From an uncultured Gammaproteobacteria bacterium (GTDB taxonomy: Bacteria > Pseudomonadota > Gammaproteobacteria > Arenicellales > JAANXG01), in NCBI GenBank assembly GCA_947259875.1, contig CAMYNX010000071.1:1-54289 (forward strand): a DNA stretch of 54,289 nucleotides, read 5' to 3'. The position numbers were made by a program, and so were the translations under genes. The notes under the pieces are model-generated. The model did not search any database. It saw only the letters and a program-made list of their open reading frames with translations, and was not told where the DNA came from. Shown here piece after piece: positions 48,089-54,289 of this stretch. Within the stretch, counting starts at the first letter, position 1. Each line of letters starts with the position of its first letter.

Positions 48089-50374
48089 ATGTCAGACAAG
48101 CTCACAGATGCGGCACTTGCCTATCATCGTGCAGAGCCGCCGGGAAAGCTCGCTATTGTCGCCACCAAACCGATGGCGACGCAGCATGATTTAACACTGG
48201 CCTATTCGCCCGGCGTAGCGGCCGCGTGCGAGGAAATCGCCACAGACCCGAAGCAGGCGGCAACGCTCACCGCGCGCGGTAATCTGGTCGCAGTGGTGAC
48301 CAACGGCACCGCGGTGCTCGGACTCGGTAGCATCGGCGCGCTGGCGGCGAAACCGGTCATGGAGGGCAAAGCGGTATTATTTAAGAAATTTTCCGGTCTC
48401 GATGTGTTCGATATCGAGATCGAAGAACGGGATGCTGCCAAATTCATCGAGATCGTCGCCGGATTGGAAGCCACCTTCGGCGCCATTAATCTCGAAGACA
48501 TCAAGGCGCCAGAATGCTTTTACATCGAACAGGCGCTGCGCAAAAGGATGCGCATCCCGGTGTTTCACGACGATCAACACGGCACCGCCATTATTGTCAG
48601 CGCGGCGATCACCAGTGGACTCAAGGTCGTTGACAAGCAGATCGAGCAAGTGAAATTGGTGGCCTCCGGCGCAGGTGCGGCGGCGCTCGCGTGTCTGGAT
48701 CTACTGGTAAAAATCGGGTTACCCAGGGAAAACATCACGGTGGTCGATATCGATGGTGTGGTCTACACCGGACGCACCGCTTCCATGGACCGGTACAAGG
48801 AACGCTACGCCCAGGTAACAGACGCACGCACTCTGGGCGAGGTCATCGGCGATGCGGATATCTTTCTGGGTCTGTCGGCGCCCAAGGTGTTGCGCCCGGA
48901 ACATGTCAAAAAGATGGCCGACCGGCCGCTCATCCTGGCGCTGGCCAATCCGGTTCCGGAGATCATGCCCGATGAGGCCAAGGCGGCGCGTCCCGATGCG
49001 GTGATTGCCACCGGCCGGTCCGATTTTCCCAACCAGGTGAATAACGTTTTGTGCTTCCCGTTTATATTTCGCGGGGCCCTGGATGTCGGTGCAACAACCA
49101 TCAACGAGGAGATGAAGATCGCGTGTGTCAATGCGCTTTCCGAACTCGCCATGGCCGAACCCTCCGACGTGGTGAAGACTGCGTATGCCGGACAGCCGCT
49201 AACGTTTGGCCCGGATTACCTGATTCCTAAACCGTTCGATCCGAGGTTGATCACCGTGGTGGCGCCGGCGGTCGCTAAGGCGGCTATGGACTCCGGCGTC
49301 GCAACGCGTCCGATAACAGACTTTAAACACTACCGCGACGACCTCAGCCACTATGTGTTCAGGTCGAGCGCGGTGATGGAACCCATTTTTGAGCGCGCCA
49401 CGGAACAACCGATGCGGATCTGTTATGCCGAGGGCGAAGAGGAGCGTGTGTTACAGGCGGCGCAGCAGGTAGTCGACGCCGGGCTCGCCTATCCCATCCT
49501 GATCGGCCGCCCAAACGTGATCGAGACGCAGCTGACAGAACTTGGTTTGCGCATCCGGCCGGGGCAAGACTTCGAACTCGTGAACCCACAAGACGATCCG
49601 CGGTATGAGGAATACTGGCGTGAGTACTATGCGGTCATGGGACGCCGGGGGGTGTCGCCGGCGCGCGCGCAACACCTGCTACGCAGCCGCAGCAGCACCT
49701 TTGCCGCGCTGATGGTTCGCCGTGGCGACGCCGATGGGATGCTGTGCGGCACCGTCGGCGCATTTCACAAGCACTTGGAGCGTGTCGATGACATCATCGG
49801 CAAAGCCCCCGGGGTGCACGATTATTCGACCCTGGTGGCGTTGATTCTCCCGACGGGCACCTATTTCATCTGCGACACCCATGTCACCGATGAACCCAGC
49901 GCTGAAGACTTGGCTGAAATGACGTTGTTATCGGCGCAAGAGGTGCGGCGGTTTGGGATTACCCCCAAGGTTGCACTGGTGTCGCATTCCAACTTCGGCA
50001 ACCGGGACACCTCTTCGGCGCGAAAAATGCGGCAGGCGTTGGCGATCTTGCGCGAACGTGCACCGGAACTCGAGGTCGATGGGGAGATGCACGCTGAGGC
50101 GGCAGTGAATGTGAAGGTTCGCGAACTCACGTTTCCGGACGCCCGCATTTCGGGGTCTGCCAATCTGTTGGTGATGCCGAATGTCGACGCCGCACATATC
50201 TCGTACACCCTGCTCAAGGTCTTGGGAGGTGGTGTCTCCGTGGGTCCGATTTTGGTCGGCGCCGCCCAACCTGCGCACGTCGTAACCGAGACAATCACCG
50301 TGCGCGGGTTGATCAACATGACGGCAATGACCACCGTAGAGGCGCAGATGCAAACGGTGGAAGAGAGTTCTTAA
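48089..50374 (+). CDS. maeB: NADP-dependent malic enzyme with phosphotransacetylase-like domain
   Basis: 761 aa. [45 protein letters not shown], then PTA domain ([20 protein letters not shown]). Confidence 0.97.
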   Translation: MSDKLTDAALAYHRAEPPGKLAIVATKPMATQHDLTLAYSPGVAAACEEIATDPKQAATLTARGNLVAVVTNGTAVLGLGSIGALAAKPVMEGKAVLFKKFSGLDVFDIEIEERDAAKFIEIVAGLEATFGAINLEDIKAPECFYIEQALRKRMRIPVFHDDQHGTAIIVSAAITSGLKVVDKQIEQVKLVASGAGAAALACLDLLVKIGLPRENITVVDIDGVVYTGRTASMDRYKERYAQVTDARTLGEVIGDADIFLGLSAPKVLRPEHVKKMADRPLILALANPVPEIMPDEAKAARPDAVIATGRSDFPNQVNNVLCFPFIFRGALDVGATTINEEMKIACVNALSELAMAEPSDVVKTAYAGQPLTFGPDYLIPKPFDPRLITVVAPAVAKAAMDSGVATRPITDFKHYRDDLSHYVFRSSAVMEPIFERATEQPMRICYAEGEEERVLQAAQQVVDAGLAYPILIGRPNVIETQLTELGLRIRPGQDFELVNPQDDPRYEEYWREYYAVMGRRGVSPARAQHLLRSRSSTFAALMVRRGDADGMLCGTVGAFHKHLERVDDIIGKAPGVHDYSTLVALILPTGTYFICDTHVTDEPSAEDLAEMTLLSAQEVRRFGITPKVALVSHSNFGNRDTSSARKMRQALAILRERAPELEVDGEMHAEAAVNVKVRELTFPDARISGSANLLVMPNVDAAHISYTLLKVLGGGVSVGPILVGAAQPAHVVTETITVRGLINMTAMTTVEAQMQTVEESS

Positions 50375-50559
50375 GCGGTGGACATCGATCCATCGCCGAG
50401 GACCGGCAACAGCGGAATTCACATTGTTGAATTGGCTCCCAATTCCATGCGGTTAACGTTTCCGCGCAATGGGATCAACGGGCGCCGTTGCCGCCACCCG
50501 CTTGCTGCCTATGAGGGCATACAGTCATGTCTGACCGATAGATGAAAGAGGAGACAACA

Positions 50560-51120
50560 ATGTTTCAAGTCCGTATTCACGGCCGCGGAGGCCAAGGGGT
50601 GGTATCCGCCGCCGAGATGTTGTCGGTCGCGGCCTTCGAAGAAGGTAAACATTCCCAGGCGGTCCCCAGTTTCGGCTCTGAGCGCATGGGCGCGCCGGTG
50701 GTGGCCTATGTTCGCATTGACGATAAGGAAATCGAATTGCGTGAACCGGTATTGGAACCCGACCTTCTAATCGTACAGGACCCGACGTTGTTCGCCGCCA
50801 TTGACGTGTTCGCTGGTTTGCGCGACGACGGTTATGTGCTGGTGAATACCACCAAGACCCCGGAACAGCTAGCAATCGAGGAGGCCACGAAGCAGCTTCC
50901 CAACGGTCACTTTGCTGCGGTGCCGGCCACCGAATTGGCGATGCACCACTTGCAGCGCTCGACACCCAACACCGTATTGCTGGGGGCGTTCGCCGCAATG
51001 AGCGATGTCGTCCAGTTGGAATCGGTGTTCAAAGCGATACAAAAGAAGTTTCCCGGCAAGATCGGCGAAATGAATGTTGCTGCGGCCCAGGCGGCCTATG
51101 ACGCCGCCACCGCAAGTTGA
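50560..51120 (+). CDS. porC: Pyruvate/2-oxoacid:ferredoxin oxidoreductase gamma subunit
   Basis: MFQVRIHGRGGQGVVS, FGSERMGAPV, NTVLLGA. GAGGAG RBS. Confidence 0.92.
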   Translation: MFQVRIHGRGGQGVVSAAEMLSVAAFEEGKHSQAVPSFGSERMGAPVVAYVRIDDKEIELREPVLEPDLLIVQDPTLFAAIDVFAGLRDDGYVLVNTTKTPEQLAIEEATKQLPNGHFAAVPATELAMHHLQRSTPNTVLLGAFAAMSDVVQLESVFKAIQKKFPGKIGEMNVAAAQAAYDAATAS

Positions 51121-51142
51121 ATTGCATTAGGAGGACTCTATC

Positions 51143-52399
51143 ATGCTGAAACAAATCGAAGGCTCGCATGCCGTGGCCGAAGCGGTCGCCCTGTGTCGAC
51201 CGGAAGTGATCTCCGCCTATCCCATTACACCGCAGACCCACATCGTTGAGGATTTGGGCGCGATGGTGAAGGCCGGAGCGATCAAGAACTGCGAGTTCCT
51301 GTTGGTGGAGTCGGAGTTCGGAGCGCTCAGCGCCTGTATTGGCTCTTCGGCCGCCGGCGCACGCAGCTATACCGCGACTTCCAGTCAGGGCATGCTGTTC
51401 ATGATGGAGGCCGTCTACAACGCCTCTGGCATGGGCATGCCGATCGTGATGACGGTGGGCAACCGCGCGATTGGTGCGCCGATCAACATCTGGAACGATT
51501 GGGGTGACTCGATGTCGGCACGCGATGCCGGTTGGATTCAATTATTTGTGGAGAGCAATCAGCAGGCGGTGGATGTGCACATCCAGGCTTTCAGGTTGGC
51601 GGAACAGCTGAGTCTGCCGGTAATGGTGTGCATGGATGGTTTCATCCTCACCCATTCCTATAGCCAGGTTGACATCCCCGATCAGGAACAGGTGGATGCG
51701 TTTTTGCCAACCTTCGAGCCGCGACAGCTCCTCGATCCCGCCGCACCCCTGTCCATGGGCGCCATGGTTGGCCCTGAGGCCTTCGCCGAGGTGCGTTACC
51801 TGGCCCATCATAAGCAGATGGAGGCGTTGGAGCTCATACCCGAGCAGGCTGCCGAGTTCGAAAAGATCTTTGGGCGGGACTCCGGCGGTGTGGTCAAGAC
51901 CTTCAACTGTGACGGCGCGGAAACGGTCGTCGTCACCATGGGTTCGGTAATCGGCACGATGAAACAGGTGCTCGCAGAGATGCGCGACGATGGCATCTCT
52001 ATCGGCGCCCTCACCGTCCGTTCTTTCCGTCCGTTTCCCAAGGAGACCTTACGCGAGCTACTAAAGGACGCCGACCGGGTGATCGTGTTCGAAAAGTGCC
52101 TCGCCGTGGGCATGGGTGGCATTCTGGCGATGAACCTGCGCATGGCACTGAAGGATTTTCCAATTCGCGTACATTCCGCGATCGGTGGGCTCGGTGGACG
52201 GCCGATTACCCGCGCGAATCTGCGGCGCATGTTCGAGAAGGGGATCAGGGACGAGATGGAAGAACCCCATTTTCATGACATTCATATGAATATCGTCGAA
52301 CGTGAACTCGAACGTGAACAGGCCCAGCGCCGCTCCGGCTCAATTGCCGAAAATATTCTTCAAGACGTCGGCGTAGTTGCGGCAGCAAAAACGATTTAG
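51143..52399 (+). CDS. porA: Pyruvate/2-oxoacid:ferredoxin oxidoreductase alpha subunit
   Basis: AYPITPQT, VESEFGA, TATSSQG, NRAIGAPINIWND, DGFILTH, FRPFP, GLGGR. Confidence 0.93.
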   Translation: MLKQIEGSHAVAEAVALCRPEVISAYPITPQTHIVEDLGAMVKAGAIKNCEFLLVESEFGALSACIGSSAAGARSYTATSSQGMLFMMEAVYNASGMGMPIVMTVGNRAIGAPINIWNDWGDSMSARDAGWIQLFVESNQQAVDVHIQAFRLAEQLSLPVMVCMDGFILTHSYSQVDIPDQEQVDAFLPTFEPRQLLDPAAPLSMGAMVGPEAFAEVRYLAHHKQMEALELIPEQAAEFEKIFGRDSGGVVKTFNCDGAETVVVTMGSVIGTMKQVLAEMRDDGISIGALTVRSFRPFPKETLRELLKDADRVIVFEKCLAVGMGGILAMNLRMALKDFPIRVHSAIGGLGGRPITRANLRRMFEKGIRDEMEEPHFHDIHMNIVERELEREQAQRRSGSIAENILQDVGVVAAAKTI

Positions 52400-52411
52400 C
52401 AGGAGAGTGCA

Positions 52412-53431
52412 ATGCCACAAATTCCCGAAACACATCAAAAGGTCAGGTTCTATCAGACCGGCACACTGACCGTTGGCAACCGGCTTCTGGATGCCGAACA
52501 TCGCTCGGTCCAGGGCACGATGGACCGGTCCAACTCCCTGGATTCCGGGCACCGCGCGTGCCAGGGATGCGGCGAGGCATTGGGGGCCCGGTTCGCCATC
52601 GATGCGGCGATGCGCGCGACGAACAACCAACTCATCGCCGCCAACGCCACCGGCTGCCTGGAGGTGTTCACCACGCCCTACCCCGAGACCGCGTGGTCCG
52701 TCCCGTGGATACATTCGCTGTTTGGGAATGCCGCCGCAGTGGGTGCCGGCATTGCCGCAGCGTTGAAGGCGAAAGGCCGCGAGGACGTTCGCGTGATCGC
52801 GCAGGGGGGTGACGGCGGCACCACCGACATCGGGTTCGGTTGCCTGTCCGGCATGTTCGATCGCAACGACGATGTGCTCTACATCTGCTACAACAACGAG
52901 GCCTACATGAACACCGGTGTGCAGCGTTCCAGTGCGACCCCCGGTGCCGCACGCACCGCCACTACCATGCCGGTGGGCAAAGACCCCGGTAACGCGTTCA
53001 ACACCGGCAAGAGCGTACCGCTGATTGCCATGGCCCATCTGATCCCCTACGTCGCCACTGCCTCGGTGCATGATCTGCACGACTTGGAACACAAAGTCAC
53101 CAAGGCCATGGGTATTCACGGGGCGCGATACATTGAACTCTTTGTACCCTGTCCGCTGGGTTGGGGCTCGAAACCGAGCGATACAGTGAAGATCTCGCGG
53201 TTGGCGGTGGAGTGTGGCTTGTATCCACTGATCGAGGCAGAGCACGGTGAACTCACCGGGGTGACCAAGATCCGGCGGCAAGTGCCAGTGGGTGAGTACC
53301 TCAAGCTGCAGCGACGTTTCGCCCACGTACTGAAACCGGCCAATACCCATCAGCTCGAACAGCTACAGGCGATCGCCAACCGCAACATCAAAAAGTTCAG
53401 CCTCATTGAGGAACAAGGAGGTCAAGAATGA
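52412..53431 (+). CDS. porB: Pyruvate/2-oxoacid:ferredoxin oxidoreductase beta subunit (TPP-binding)
   Basis: GHRACQGCG, NATGCLEV, GGDGG...NNEAYMNTGVQRS, PCPLGW. Confidence 0.93.
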   Translation: MPQIPETHQKVRFYQTGTLTVGNRLLDAEHRSVQGTMDRSNSLDSGHRACQGCGEALGARFAIDAAMRATNNQLIAANATGCLEVFTTPYPETAWSVPWIHSLFGNAAAVGAGIAAALKAKGREDVRVIAQGGDGGTTDIGFGCLSGMFDRNDDVLYICYNNEAYMNTGVQRSSATPGAARTATTMPVGKDPGNAFNTGKSVPLIAMAHLIPYVATASVHDLHDLEHKVTKAMGIHGARYIELFVPCPLGWGSKPSDTVKISRLAVECGLYPLIEAEHGELTGVTKIRRQVPVGEYLKLQRRFAHVLKPANTHQLEQLQAIANRNIKKFSLIEEQGGQE

Positions 53432-54289
53432 AAACGCCGTTTGCGATCACCCTAGACGCCGGCAGCAGCCTGTTAAACAAGACCGGTTCGTGGCGTACCG
53501 AGCGCCCAGTGTACTTGGACCGCCTGCCACCCTGCAACCACGCTTGCCCCGCCGGCGAAAACATTCAGCAATGGCTGTACCTGACCGAAGAAGGCCGTTA
53601 TGAACAGGCGTGGCAACAGATCATGGATGACAATCCGTTCCCGGCGGTGATGGGACGGGTCTGCTATCACCCGTGCGAGGTGAGCTGCAACCGCGGCCAG
53701 TTGGATGAGGCGGTGGGAATCAATGCCGTGGAGCGGTTCCTCGGTGACCAGGCCCTGATCAATGAGTGGCAAATGGAGGCCGGTACGCCGACCGGGAAAC
53801 GGGTGATGGTTGTCGGTGCCGGTCCCGGCGGACTGGCGGCCGCCTACCATTTGCGGCGTATGGGCCATGAGGTGACGGTTTACGATGCGTCGCCACAGGC
53901 CGGCGGCATGGTGCGTTACGGCATACCCAAGTATCGCATGCCAAGAGAAAAACTCCGCGCCGAGGTCGCGCGTATTGAACAGATGGGGGCTAACCTGCAA
54001 CTCAATACTCGCATTGACGATGTAATTGCCGCACGCAATGAGGGTAAGTTCGACGCGGTGTTTCTGTCGATCGGCGCCCAACTACCCAAGCGGGTGGACA
54101 TCAAGGTCAACGGAGAACTGACGGTGCTCGATGCGGTGATGGTATTGCGTAACACGGAACTCGAGGAACCGACCGGGTTACGTGGACAAGTCGTGGTATA
54201 CGGCGGCGGCAACACCGCCATAGACGTCGCGCGCTCGGCGGTCCGACTCGGCGCCAAGAGTGCTACCGTGGTGGTGTTCGAGGCCCGGG
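53428..54289 (+). CDS. GltD/SudA-like Fe-S flavoprotein with PorD-like N-terminus (3'-truncated by window edge)
   Basis: Not in the ORF track because it has no stop in the window. MKTPFAITLDAGSSLLNKTGSWRTERP, PPCNHACPAG, GRVCYHPCEVSCNR, VVGAGPGG, YGIPKYR, YGGGNTAID. Overlaps the porB stop (ATGA). Confidence 0.9.
   Translation, partial: MKTPFAITLDAGSSLLNKTGSWRTERPVYLDRLPPCNHACPAGENIQQWLYLTEEGRYEQAWQQIMDDNPFPAVMGRVCYHPCEVSCNRGQLDEAVGINAVERFLGDQALINEWQMEAGTPTGKRVMVVGAGPGGLAAAYHLRRMGHEVTVYDASPQAGGMVRYGIPKYRMPREKLRAEVARIEQMGANLQLNTRIDDVIAARNEGKFDAVFLSIGAQLPKRVDIKVNGELTVLDAVMVLRNTELEEPTGLRGQVVVYGGGNTAIDVARSAVRLGAKSATVVVFEAR

Noticed and set aside
1-54289. tRNA, rRNA, tmRNA, transposase, integrase or prophage genes
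   Set aside because: No recognisable cloverleaf, rRNA signature or mobile-element protein seen by eye. tRNAscan/Infernal were not run.
53428-54289. True glutamate synthase small subunit or DsrL
   Set aside because: No gltB or dsr genes nearby. Translational coupling to porB and the PorD-like N-terminus point to a POR partner.

Overview
A 54-kb, moderately GC-rich bacterial chromosomal region, most consistent with an environmental (probably marine or sediment, facultatively anaerobic, sulfur-cycling) gammaproteobacterium. This assignment is inferred from gene content only. No rRNA, tRNA, CRISPR array or transposase is visible. Main blocks: a serine-hydrolase 3' end, a GH5 glycosidase, HU, a DUF1538x2-PII-CBS operon, and a sulfur-redox operon (DUF302, octaheme Otr, cytochrome b, TlpA, with tauE upstream). 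These are followed by a metal/envelope-stress region (QseBC-like and OmpR/RstB-like two-component systems, two monoheme cytochromes c, L,D-transpeptidase, DsbC, BNR lipoprotein, DUF3047, YHS, a Tat-exported Cys/His-motif protein, Spy/CpxP-like, ChaN-PDZ) and ahcY/cheR/nadA. Next is an uncharacterised periplasmic cluster: a cupredoxin-helical fusion plus its helical paralogue, an outer-membrane barrel, a second cupredoxin and a membrane adenylate cyclase. The window ends with dctBD, a sigma54-driven dctPQM-dctP TRAP locus, maeB, a pyruvate:ferredoxin oxidoreductase-type porCAB and a GltD-like flavoprotein. The most interesting signals are the 33.5-40.1 kb copper/cAMP cluster, a DUF302 protein with a SoxY-like Cys-terminated arm beside Otr, a modular palindromic repeat family (at least 5 copies, some supplying stop codons), and a high density of disrupted genes (at least 7), which may be real decay or assembly error.
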